Positions 27,385-38,883 of a stretch of 64,000 nucleotides of DNA are shown one piece after another (position 1 is the stretch's first letter; every line of letters starts with the position of its first letter). The translations under genes were made by a program, and so were the position numbers. The stretch is taken from NCBI GenBank assembly GCA_973895155.1, contig OZ316891.1, forward strand, positions 647,558 to 711,557, read 5' to 3'. Below the pieces are notes generated by a model that worked only from the letters and a program-made list of their open reading frames with translations, had not been told where the DNA came from and made no database searches. This DNA is from Marsupella aquatica. Lineage: Eukaryota; Plantae; Marchantiophyta.

Positions 27385-30300
27385 ATGAGAAGAATTCGGG
27401 TAGCAGAGGAAGAGAATCACTTCCGACATCGTGTCGATGCTGAAGGCAAGCATGTGTTTGTGTGCATAGCAAGTGATCACAAGCCTCAATCATTTTCTTC
27501 CTTTGCTAGTTTCCAGACCCACATGGACGTCACACACAAGTTGGAGTTGCCACCTGCATTACTGGAGGCGGGCAAACCTTGGTTGTTCTCAAAATCTGAC
27601 TTCTCCACTCGGATTGCCAAGAAACATAAGGCCCCTGGGCCAAATGTGAGGAAGGACAACAATCAGGCCTCTTGGAACCGGCTTCGATCCACTGTGCGAC
27701 TTCGGTGGAGACAGACTAAGTTGCGAAAGAAGACAATGCTAAAGAAGAAGTATGGTGTTGCTGCAGATGAGCCGCTTGTTCCTGCAAAATCATTGCTTAT
27801 TCGTGTCATCAAGGAAGTGCACATACGTGCAGGGCAGGCTAATGGTTGGTCATCCTTGTTGGATGATAGTTTGTACGAGATGTTGCAAGACTCTGTGTCA
27901 GCTACTGCAATTTCTCCTATTCTGTCTCGCTGGGTTGCTTCAATCCAAGCTTTGCCGGTACTCCTACCTAGAGATTGTAAGTTGCAGGCACTTCAATTAG
28001 ATTGTAGTGTCTTGCCATGCATTTTCCCCCGGGCAGATGTGGAGGTGCAACCTCCCGAGCTGATGCAGTTTGATACAATTCGAGAGGCTCTCATTGCAGA
28101 TGCCTTGAATTACTTGACTCAGAAAAGAGCGCTTCTGCAGTGGAAGCATGGGCCCAAAGAAGTGGACTTCGATGCTACATACCAAGATTACAAGGAGTGG
28201 AAAGAAGAGCAAAAGCCTGTCAGCACAGCCACAGCCACTAACAATTTGCTACAGGAATACAAAGGTCGGGGCATGACCACTGAAGCTGCACGAATAGAGG
28301 TATGAACTTTTTATTTTACTTCCTGCAATCTTTGCTTGTTGTTTGTACATTCCATTCTCATCTTGTCCCAACCATGTGCAGGCTGGACTAAATGAAGAGT
28401 GGGAGGACACTTCTGACGATAGTGACTATGAGCCTGGGCCTGAGAAGTGGGGTCTATTGCTAAATGATGTTGATAAACAGCCAGATGAGCCAGATGTTGT
28501 TCTAAACCTGTCCTCAATACTTCAGTTGAGGACCCGCCTCTTGTACAAGATCCTATTCAGGTTCCTTCTCATGTTCAGGATGATGAAGACAGTGATCATC
28601 AGAATCCTTCTCATGTTGAGGATGTTGACCATCTTATTGAGCATCCTATTCATGATCCTATTCAGGATCCTATTGACCATCCTGTTCATGATCCTATTGA
28701 CCATTCTGTTCAGGATCCCATTGACAATCCTATTCAAGATGTTTATGAAGAAGGAATCAACTTTTCACAACAGTGTGACTTGGTTTCAAGCCTCCAAAAT
28801 ATTCTTCACGCCTATGGAGAGGGAGAGGACGGCTATCCCCTCCAGGTCAGTCTTTGTTTCTTTGCTTCAATTACTTTTGAAATTTCTTTGCAAATTGTGA
28901 ATACATGAGCCTCATCGTATTTGGATGCTCCTTGTGTTCATTGCAGGAAGGAGTAGTATCAGAGACTATCTTGGAGTTCGTAGCACCACCAACCCCTACA
29001 CCTGAGACTCTACTCCCAGACTTCATAGCGCCAGTCGCAGCAACAGCACCAGCCCCTATACCGTGTATATTAGTCTTGGAGTCCTTACCACCACTTGCAC
29101 CAGCACCACCAGCCATTGCACCACATGTACTATTAGAGTCGGTACCAGTAGCAGCAGCACGACCACCACCACCAGCCCCTGCACCACAGATTGTAAGTCT
29201 CTAAAGTGCAAACTTGGAAGTCATTCAATTGCAATCTAGTCTGAATACTTAAACCCCACTGTCTTTTCACTCCCCTAAGCATTCATTTCATATATTGTAG
29301 GGACAAAGACGAAGGGGAAGGGGTGTACCACTGGAGTCCCCATCCCCAGTACAGAAAGCAGCACCATCCCCTCCAATGTCAACAAACCCCTTCCAGGTTT
29401 GCCTTTGTGTTTTTTGTAAAAACATATGTTTGCAATGCTTTGCAATGTCTGAATACAGCTGCCTCATTGTCTTTGCCGTGCACTGCAATTTCTTCATTCT
29501 AGAGACTGAGCGGAAGGACAAGTGGAGGGGTTGTAGCAGTGGAATCACCAGCACCAGCCCTCGCACCACGGATTGTAAGTCTCAGAAGTGCTTACTTGGA
29601 AGTCGTACAATTGCAATCTAGTCTAAATACTTCAACCCCAATGTCTTTTCACTCCCAGGTTTGCCTTTGTGTTTTTGGTAAAAACATTTGTTTGCAATGC
29701 TTTGCAATGTCTGAATACATCTGCCTCATTGTCTTTGGTGTGCACTGCAATGTCTTCATTCTAGAGACGAAGCGGAAGGGCTCCTGGAGGGGTTGTAGCA
29801 GTGGAATCACCAGCACCAGCCCTCGCACCACAGATTGTAAGCCTCAAAAGTGCTTACTTGGAAGTTTGAATACATCACCCTAATTGTCTTCTGCATGCAC
29901 TACAATTTCTTCATTCTAGCCCGTGCACGGGAAATAAATTTGATATAGGTCAGCCTGGTTTGCCTTCCTGTACAAGGCCACATTCCTTTCTATTCATATT
30001 ACTTTGCAGGGGTTAAATACACAACCCTCGGTGTATTCAAGTCACTTAATGATATTCTCCATTGTAGAGAGGAAGTAGAAGGGGAAGGGGTGTATCAGCG
30101 GTGCCCCCAAAACCAGTAGCAGCACCGGCACCGACAAGCAACCCCTCCCAGGTATGTCTTGATGTACCAGGCTAATTTCCTTATCAAACTGCTTTGCAGG
30201 GAGTGAATACACAACCCTCATTGTCTTCTATGTCAATTAATAATTTTGTTCATTGTAGGGAGGAAGACAAAGGGGAAGGGATGTGTCAGCAATGTCCTCA

Positions 30301-31255
30301 ACACCAGTGGCACTAGCAATCCCAGTACTAGCAACCAACTCCTCCAAGGTACGCCTTTGTGTCTTAGGCCACATAATTGAATTCCTTCTCATCAGCGGCG
30401 TCCAATTGTTGAGTAATGTGAATACCTCTTTGTCGATGTCTTTTGATGTTGCTTTGGATTGTAGGAAGGGCAACAACGGGAAAAGGCAAGCAAAAGGCAA
30501 AAAGGAAAGGGAAATTTGGTGGAGCAATCCCTTGCACCTGCCCCAACCCCTATCCCAACAAATGAACACTCAGCCCCTGCCCTTGTAACAACACCAACAC
30601 ATGCACCTGCCGGTATCCCTGGACCACCACTAGCACATGCCCCTACACCAGGACCAGCAGAAGCACCAACCCCTATACCAGTGCCAACACCAGGCCCTGC
30701 TTCGGCTACGAACTCCTCACAGGTATGCCTAAGGGTGCAGCAGCAAAATTCCTCTGCTTCATTGTGGAATGTGAATACCTCTTTGTCCATGTATTCTAAT
30801 GTCTTTGTGGGTTGTAGGTACCACAAGGAGGAGCTGCTTTGTCCTTAGTACCTGTTCCTGTCTCAAGGAAGAGGAAGGAGGCCTCTAAATCAAGCAAGGG
30901 TATGAGCCAGGCATTGCAGGTTGTTCCTCTATTGGCAGTCAACCCCAAAACAAAAGTTGTGTTTTTGCACACTGAAGATGATGACTTAGCAACATCAGAA
31001 GTTGAAGACAGAGTGAGAGGCAAGCCAAAGCGAAGTAAAAGCGCGACAAGTAGAGGCGGGGGGCAAGGGAGAGGAAGAGGAGCACAGTCTTCTACTCAAC
31101 CAACTCCCTTGCATGAAATCCCGCTAGGTGATGGTGACAATGTAGACACATTTGGGCCATCACAACTTTTGCATGACTCCCAAATGACTGCTTCACAAGA
31201 TACATTCAGGGAGGTTATTGACCAACTCCCGCACCCTTCCCAGTATGTTGACTGA
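27385..31255 (+). pseudogene. MULE accessory gene: N-terminal C2H2-like (CHHH) zinc finger, basic region, acidic DPIQ/DHPI repeats and duplicated RG/Pro-rich micro-exons; apparent frameshift near 28505
   Basis: The 306-aa ORF has FVC-IASD-H...F-SSFAS-F-QT-H-MDVT-H. GT-AG exons follow at ~28382-28845, 28947-29191, 29301-29396, 29503-29574, 29765-29836, 30069-30151, 30259-30348, 30465-30722 and 30819-31255. The acidic repeat reads in a shifted frame after ~28505. Confidence 0.6.
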
Positions 31256-31513
31256 GCGTGGACACCCTTCCCGTGTGGTACTAAGCCATTTTTGTGGTAG
31301 CTTCAATGGTCTTTAGATGCAATGTAGCTTGAGGTAGCTTCAGATACAATGTAGCTTCATTGGAAGGCAAGGAGGCCCATGATACATCTACACTGCAAGG
31401 TCACAACTCGACTTGCAACTTGTACTGGAAACATTTATGAATAAAAAGCAAGTTGCATTCATTGTGTTCTGATGTATAAAAGTTATTCATTTTGCTTTCA
31501 GTCTGCACCTTCA

Positions 31514-32210
31514 GTTTTGGAAGACATTGTCCATATAGTCTTCGCACCACACTTAGCCATTTTTCCAACGACAAGATATTTTGCTTGAAGAATCCATTTG
31601 AGCAGGGGTAAATGACCGTGGATGTTGTGGGTTTTGGAAGACATTGTCCATATAGTCTTCGCACCACACTTAGCCATTTTTCCAACGACATGATATTTTG
31701 CTTGAAGAAGCCATTTGAGCAGGGGTAACTGACCGTGGATGTTGTGGGTTTTGGAAGACATTGTCCATATAGTCTTCGCACCACACTTAGCCATTTTTCC
31801 AACGACAGGATATTTCGCTTGAAGAAGCCATTTGAGCAGGGGTAAATGACCGTGGATGTTGTGGGTTTTGGAAGACATTGTCCATATAGTCTTCGCACCA
31901 CACTTAGCCATTTTTCCAACGACAGGATATTTCGCTTGAAGAAGCCATTTGAGCAGGGGTAAATGACCGTGGATGTTGTGGGTTTTGGAAGACATTGTCC
32001 ATATAGTCTTTGCACCACAATTAGCCATTTTTCCAACAACAGGATATTTCGCTCGAAGAAGCCATTTGAGTAGGGGTAAATGACCGTGGATGTTGTGGGT
32101 TTTGGAAGACATTGTCCATATAGTCTTTGCACCACACTTAGCCATTTTTCCAACGACAGGATATTTTGCTTGAAGAAGAAATTTGAGCGAGGGTACGTAA
32201 ATGGCCAACA
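31514..32210. repeat. MULE-internal tandem array, ~6 x 117 bp
   Basis: The unit start gttttggaagacattgtccatatagtc occurs at 31514, 31631, 31748, 31865, 31982 and 32099, an exact 117-bp period with near-identical copies. Confidence 0.95.
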
Positions 32211-32392
32211 CTAGCTAGTGGTTTCACACAAGATGCACATGACAACTGCAAAATAGTTTCAAAATTTGTAGAATATCTCTAAATTGTTGGAGTACAATGC
32301 TGTTGCAGACTTCAATGTCTGCAACTAAAGCAAAATTGCAATTGCTACTTCCTGTGAGCTATTATTTGAACTTGTTACCATTGTGGTGTAAA

Positions 32393-33124
32393 CTAAGTCA
32401 AGAGCTCATTGCTACAAAATACTTCCCCACAACAGGTGCACCTAAATACTTCATGCCCAGACTCATCTACTCCCAGCAACTCAACATTAACTCTATGACC
32501 ATCTGCTTTGATAGGAGCCCTCCATTGTGCACCCATTGCACTAAATTGTCGTTGAAGCCATGCCTCCGCCTCAGAATGGGACCTAAAAGACTTGTGACTA
32601 GCTCCACTGAATTCGTTCACCTGACATTCTGCCTCCTCCCAAGTACGATATATTCCAGGATTGCGCCCCCTAGCAATGGCATACCATTTCTTCTTTGAGG
32701 TAGAGCCTAGATCACAATTGTATGGAAGAGCAATTGACTTAGAGCGAGAGGACAAAGTCTGTGATTGTAATTTCACCCTTGTGGCAGGCTGAGTTTGCGC
32801 AACGTCAACCAATTGTGCTTGTGAGGCTGACAAAGATGGACCTGCATTAGCACCCTGGCGCTGAGCCAATACAGGTTTTGGTGGCCCAACAACAGCCACT
32901 ACAGGGGAATCGTGACCCTCTGATTTTGATGGCGCTGTACTTTGAGCAAGGGGAGGCAGCCTATCTCGATTCCACACTGAAGACAAACACAAAATCTGTT
33001 CCAACATGCGATGGAGGAAGAAGAGTAGTGCACTCAAACCTGCAAATACGGTCCATATGGCAAACCCCAATGCCCAAAACAACTGAACTACAAAACCAAC
33101 ACTGCCTTCATTGAACTTTGCCAT
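32393..33124 (-). CDS. MULE-borne protein with an N-terminal hydrophobic segment, an RNase H1 N-terminal hybrid-binding / caulimovirus viroplasmin domain (Cauli_VI) and a C-terminal CxxC
   Basis: Intronless open frame. KKKWYAIARGRNPGIYRTWEEAECQVNEFSGASHKSFRSHSEAEAWL matches the HBD consensus (YAV..GR..GIY..W.EC..QV..F.GA.YK.F....EA..F). Hydrophobic VGFVVQLFWALGFAIWTVFAGLSALLFFL; C-terminal FRCTCCGEVFC. Likely ATG at 33124 (MAKFNEG). Confidence 0.8.
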   Translation of the reverse strand: MAKFNEGSVGFVVQLFWALGFAIWTVFAGLSALLFFLHRMLEQILCLSSVWNRDRLPPLAQSTAPSKSEGHDSPVVAVVGPPKPVLAQRQGANAGPSLSASQAQLVDVAQTQPATRVKLQSQTLSSRSKSIALPYNCDLGSTSKKKWYAIARGRNPGIYRTWEEAECQVNEFSGASHKSFRSHSEAEAWLQRQFSAMGAQWRAPIKADGHRVNVELLGVDESGHEVFRCTCCGEVFCSNELLT

Positions 33125-33682
33125 TGCCAAATGGCAATCTTGTCCTTGGCGCTCTCGTTGTCGCTCTCCTGTCCCTGGTGCTCTTGCTCTCTTTGGCGCT
33201 CTTGGGCGCTGCACAATCTACTCAGACCTCTCTCTCTGGCGCTGCAGTGCTGTCCTGTCCGTCCTCTACTACACTGGTCTCCTAAGACCTCCTCCCTTTG
33301 TTGTCACTCATGTGGACGACTTCAAAGACTCCGCTTTAGTCCGCTCGCAAAATGCGCACATTCTCCATGGAACACTCAATGTCGACCAACGGTCCCGCGC
33401 GCCAATATCATTGCGGAAGTAGATTCAAATTTGAAGACATTATGGTCAATGTCTTCAATAACAATGAAGGAAGTTAAGAAGACAACATGGTCGCTGTCTT
33501 CAAGTGCAAGCATGCATGGAAGATAAATGGGAAGACAACATTAATATGTTGTATTCATCAGAGAATAATGGTGGAAAAAAGTGACAAGAGTCTGTTTTGA
33601 TGCACAACCAAAGTTCAGTAATAAAGTAACTAGTAAGGTTCAGTAATATCAACATGATATTGTGACCCAAATCCCTGACACT

Positions 33683-36600
33683 TTATTGCAGCCTCATTGG
33701 CCAATTCCATGCACCTATCAATGAAAGCTTGTGGCAATTGTTGTTCACTATTTGGGAGAAGGGGTTGAGATACAATGCTCTAGATTGGTCCTGTGCCTGC
33801 TGTTGGTGCGGTCGATTCAATACTATATTCAGTCTGCAGTAGTTGGTCTTCCCAAGGAAAGGGTGACACAGGTGGGTGCTCCAAATTGACTGCATCACCA
33901 TTATCCACCTGCATATGAAGGCAATTTTAAAATTTGTCCCTAGCATGAGACCACACATGCATGAAGCCCACAAGTAATGATATATACTTGTAAGAAGACT
34001 GTTAATGTTGGAATCCTTACTCTTGCTGGATCTATTGGCGTCACACTATGGACTTTATCACAAGATCTTCGGTTATGTCCAACCTGCCCACACTTACTGC
34101 ACCTGCACTTCCCAGTGTTAGGCCTCGCTTTCTTTGCCCTCGATTGAACAAGAACAATTGGAAGTCCAGCAATAGTGTTTGCTGTTGAAAAGGGTTCCGC
34201 CCTGTTTGGATCATCATCTAGTGGATATCTCAAGAAAAGTTGTCCAAGGGAGTCAATCATTGATTCTTCGCCTTCTCCAAGAGCCCTAGGTGGATGCCTC
34301 CCTCCACGACCCTGTTCGATGCGGACCATTCTATGTCTGCCCCTTTTCACAGCAGCCACAGGAGCAACACAATTTGGACTTGGCATTAAGTCTGATACAA
34401 TAAAGCTAGGTAAAACATTGTCATACAAAGCCCTAATTGAAGCAGTCCGCCAACATTTGTGAAAATGAGCAGAAAAGTTTCTGCCTTCTTGGTCATCCCA
34501 AGCCATTATATGCTCACATGGCCACACCATCTCTTGCAGCTCCTAACAAGTGCAACATTTCTTTGGTGACAGTGACACTAGATACTCCTCACTTTGGGAT
34601 GTAGTTTGAACCTTGGCTGTGGACGCACCATCATCAAACACCTGAGCATATGAAAACTTGGATATAATTACAAAACTATTCAAATAAAGAATACATTCAT
34701 ACTAGTGTATTTAATTCAACACCGAGCTATTAAGAAGACATTGATGTTACAGTATATACAGAACACGTAGCTATTAATGCATACACAAGACCAGGCATGA
34801 AGATTACCTGCCATTGACCAAACGTCTTGAGATTCTTGTTGTACTTGACCAGGGCTGGAATAGTGAGTACTTCCTGTCTCGCCAACGCAACTACTTTCCT
34901 TTCTTTAAACTTTTGCTGAACATATACCCACATGCGCTCCAACAACTTGCAAGGAGCAAATTCGCGCAAGGGGAGTAAGCCTGAATTTGCTTGCTCAGCA
35001 GGGTTGCTTGTAACCTTTGCCATGCGGGGAAGTGGAAAGGCATGCCTGGCATAAAGTTTTGCATCAAAACTTCTGATGTAGTCTACAGCATTTGCATTCT
35101 CATATGCCTTGACGGACTCTGCCAGTCACTTCACACATGCTTCAAATCTGATACAGGTGCACAGGGAAAACATTGATGTTAATGTATACAATCATGTCAT
35201 ACACAAAGAAAACATTTGCGTGAGTGATATGTACTTCACATTCTGTATTCAAGGAGAGGTAATATAATTACTATATTGAACACTGAGTATGCGGTGTATA
35301 CATAAGAAGTCAAATGTATGTACAATCAAAGCAATGAAGGTTTTTGGACTTACTGTCTTTCATCGTTGGCATATATGCATCCTGTAAAAATATTTGTTGC
35401 TGCTTTGCCATGCCTGTTCTTGACATTAGCTCTCAGGTGGTTTGCACATGCTGCATGTATCTTACCTGGCCACACGTAACTCACAGCGGCAAGTAGACCT
35501 TTCTGTCGGTCTGATATGAGTGGCATGTGAGGTGATTCAATGCCGTAGAGTGATCTATCTACCAATTCCAGAAACCAGATCCAATTATCTATGTTCTCAA
35601 CTAGAGCTACTGCGTAACATAGAATCAATCCTTGGCCATTTCCACCCAAATATGTAGCTAAGAACAGTTGAGTGGGGTACTTCCTGTTCTTTGTATGACA
35701 TGCATCAAGAGAGATGAGAGGTTGAATGTAGGTACATGCTTTTTGTGTAGCTGATGGGCAAATGAATGCTCGACAGAAAACGTTGGAGTTTTCCATTGGG
35801 GACCAGACTGCCACTGCACCAGGGTCAGTCTCTCTCACCCTGGCAATTAATGCCGGAATCATTTGAAACGTGTCTTCCTGCCCACCAAGGTGCAGATCCC
35901 GTACATAGTCTTTTGCTCGCCACATTTGGTGGTAAGTGCTGTTCTTTTTATAATCCCCTTGAAATCCACAGAGTAGTTCTTTGACCGGCACCTTCAGATT
36001 TCTACACACTCTAGGCGCCAGTGTGTCTCCTAACCACACTGCCTTTTGTGTTGGGCCCCTCCACTTGTGTTTAGATGCTGGACAATTGTGTTTCAGCTCA
36101 CACACAGTAATGATATGAGCCCCGCTGTGAGCTTGCCTGTGACATCGGACCCTGAATGGGCAGTAGGCTGAACAATCAAAACCATCTTCATTGTACTCTG
36201 GCGGGGGCCTAAACCTAGAAAACTCCCCGCATACTCCTGTGGTAGATATCTTCCTGACTTTTACCGTGCTAGGGGCATGTGACCCAGGTAGCCACACACT
36301 GCTATGCTGCACTACTGTGCGTGGTTTCTTTGCCATCGTTGTGTTCCTCTGGAGATAGTTTGGATCCAGAGGTCCAAGGGGTGCACGAACCTCCTATTGC
36401 AATCCACACAAAACATATTCATGTTATTGTATATGGAAAGACAGAAGACAGTGGTGTCATTGTATACAAAATACACACCACAATGGGGATGTTTATATGA
36501 AACATAGAAGACACTCATGACGTCGTATACAAAACATTGATGGTAAAATGCAAAGAAGACATTCCGGTTGAGGTATACCTGTGGAGCATTTGTGAGAACG

Positions 36601-37516
36601 ATTGCTCCAGACTGGTTTGTTGATCCTGTCATCTGTTGAATAGCAATTTGAAACTCACGGTCTTCCATCTGCAATGGCAGCACAAACATACCATGCATCA
36701 AAACACAGAGTGACAAGTATTACATTTCTAACCCTTCAAAAAAACCACAATGATATAGGTATGGACTCTTGGAAAGCTTTACCTCTTCCGCTGTCAATAA
36801 TGGTTCTGCATAGGCATTGTGTGTCCTTCGTGTCCCCCTTGGTTTGGATGTCATTCCTCTGTCACGAAACCCACTATACTCACCGTAATGACTGTTATAG
36901 TGCCAATCTAATTCATGTTCATCTTCATCATCCAATTCATGGATATATAGTGAATCTTCATCTTCTGAACTATCACTACATTCAGAACTGTCTGGCCCAG
37001 GTCTGATGTCACCACTTGACTTCCTTTCATGTCGATGAGCAATCTTACTAAATCGGCAAATCCTTGTTCAAAAATTGGGGGAGGTTTTAAGTCTATACAC
37101 TACTTGGCCATGCATGACAGCCCACGAGTCCAAACATCTATCAAATTCATCAAAATTGTTAAAACACTCGCCCAGATGAATGCGAGCCGCCTCTGCTTCC
37201 ACTGCCAAGAGCATTGTAGAATACATAATGAAGAACGTCTACGGGAGCTCTCCACTTCAACAGTGCAAAACTTATGATTCATACGGGAGCAACTTCATAC
37301 TTAAGCCAAACAAATCCTCCAAATACTAACTTGAAGCACAGTAGATTCACCTTCTTCGGGACTCTTCCCATCCAAGATTGATTTCAGATTTTTCAGATGT
37401 CTTCATGTTGTTCCCCGCCTTGCTCTTTGTGGTGATTGCCTGTCTGAATCGGGAATGTCCACCTCACAGACATCCCCTCGACGCCAAAGATTGATGTCAC
37501 TTACATCATCTGCCAT
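33683..37516 (-). pseudogene. MuDR/MULE transposase (mudrA-like) with in-frame stop codons
   Basis: MuDR N-terminal motif LGECFNNFDEFDRCLDSWAV, then CPFRVRC...ELKHNC, MULE DDE core LISLDACH...ISDRQKGL...HAACANHL, TSNPAEQANS, SWIM finger CCTC*ELQEMVWPCEH and zinc knuckle CSKCGQVGHNRRSC. Stops at 35126-35128 (TGA) and 34543-34545 (TAG). Both ends approximate. Confidence 0.9.
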
Positions 37517-38167
37517 CGTGTACTTCAATGTGCATATGAGTACTGTGCAGAGGTTAGTCATGTCCATTTAACGTAAAGCTCAAAAACATTTACTAAGCCA
37601 CATGCGAAAGGGCTCTGCAGCCCATGAACTGACGTCGTTTCCTGACATTGTTTGTGCCTTCAGTTTACACATTCTAACATCTGCACAGTAGTACCTTGTT
37701 TTCCTGTGCAATCGATGGTGGTAGGTGCGTGCGTTGTGCGCCGTGCACCTCGTGGAAAGTTGAGTGTACTTGTTATCAAGCATGGACAAAAGTTGGGATG
37801 GGAGGATATTAAAAAATGCGGAGATCAGTTTACAAATAGAATACAATCATGTCAATGTATTCGCATTTGCGTAACATAACCCTAATGTTGATCGTGGCGG
37901 CGTGGATGGGCAAATGCCCGATTTTGACTTCTAATTATGAGGTCCCGTTGCCTGATTACTGCGCGCTTGACCCTAAACCGCCCCGACAATGTGCGCCCCG
38001 ACAATGTGCGCCCTAAACATAAATTTTGTTGAAGACATAAACCACGAAGTATTCACGCTCATAAGGGACCATAGTGCGAGAACGCAAAACCGCGTAGTTG
38101 CAGCCCTATTGCAGCGGAGTCTCATGGTTGACTGCGGGAGGCGACCCTGCGTGGTGGCATGGCTCCC

Positions 38168-38320
38168 AACTGTGCAGTATGGCCTTTACACGGGGGAAAC
38201 TGCCTTACACGGGAGAAAAGGGTACGGGCCATAATGAGGGGGCTGATTGGGGCAAAAAAGTTTGGAGGGGGCTCATCAAGTAAATATTCTCCTGGAGGGG
38301 GTCTATTGAGCATATCCCTC
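38168..38320 (-). repeat. MULE right terminal inverted repeat
   Basis: Ends ...GGGGTCTATTGAGCATATCCCTC, followed by the TSD aaagttattg. Confidence 0.95.
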
Positions 38321-38783
38321 AAAGTTATTGCATGAGCATTTACATTGTCTTGTTCCCTATCCAGTTCCTATCCATTTCATGATTGTACCATTATTTTATA
38401 AGGTCTCATTTTTTATCCTCCATCGTCTGGATACAAAATCAAAAAATGGTGGAGAAAATAGATCTTGGTTGTTGTATTTTATTGTTCTTCTGGCAGACCA
38501 TTAAAATTCTTATTAATCCACCAGCTAGAATTGATCAAAATGATGATAAATTTCTGTCATATTACTCACAATAGTTGATTTTATCAATCAGTTGTTTTGT
38601 TTCCTAGCTGTCTCAAACCCAAATAACTTTCATTTTAATTTTTTTTTTTTTAATTCTCTAATTATTTAGAGATTAAAGAACCACAAGTCATGACCAAGAA
38701 CTCTCTTCTCAATTCTCTATTTATTTATAGAATGATTAAATTCTTGATCATAAACATGAGGGTGGACATGATAGAAAATGTTA

Positions 38784-38883
38784 CATGTACAATCTACTTT
38801 CATCTTTAATGTCTAGGCTATTAAAGAAAATATAGGCATGTATAATCTACTTTCATCGTCAATGTCTAGGCTATTAAAGAAAG
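38784..38883. repeat. Tandem duplication, 2 x ~53 bp
   Basis: catgta(c/t)aatctactttcatc(ttt/gtc)aatgtctaggctattaaagaaa appears twice. Confidence 0.75.

Larger units (their letters stand above)
25411..38320. mobile_element. Full-length Mutator-like element (MULE), 12,910 bp
   Basis: 153-bp TIRs (25411-25563 / 38168-38320) starting GAGGGATATGCTCAATAGACCCC. Perfect 10-bp TSD aaagttattg at 25401-25410 and 38321-38330. Contains a MuDR-type transposase. Confidence 0.97.

Noticed and set aside
28522-28900. Hydrophobic ILFRILLTILF or NRIL-repeat ORFs suggesting a membrane protein
   Set aside because: These are alternative frames of the 12-bp repeat. The acidic DPIQ/DHPI frame is the one in phase with the downstream splice donor.
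31401-32211. Two long repeat ORFs (250 and 237 aa), and a possible CRISPR-like array
   Set aside because: They arise from a 117-bp (multiple of 3) tandem unit. There are no unique spacers, no cas genes, the context is eukaryotic and no domain is recognisable.
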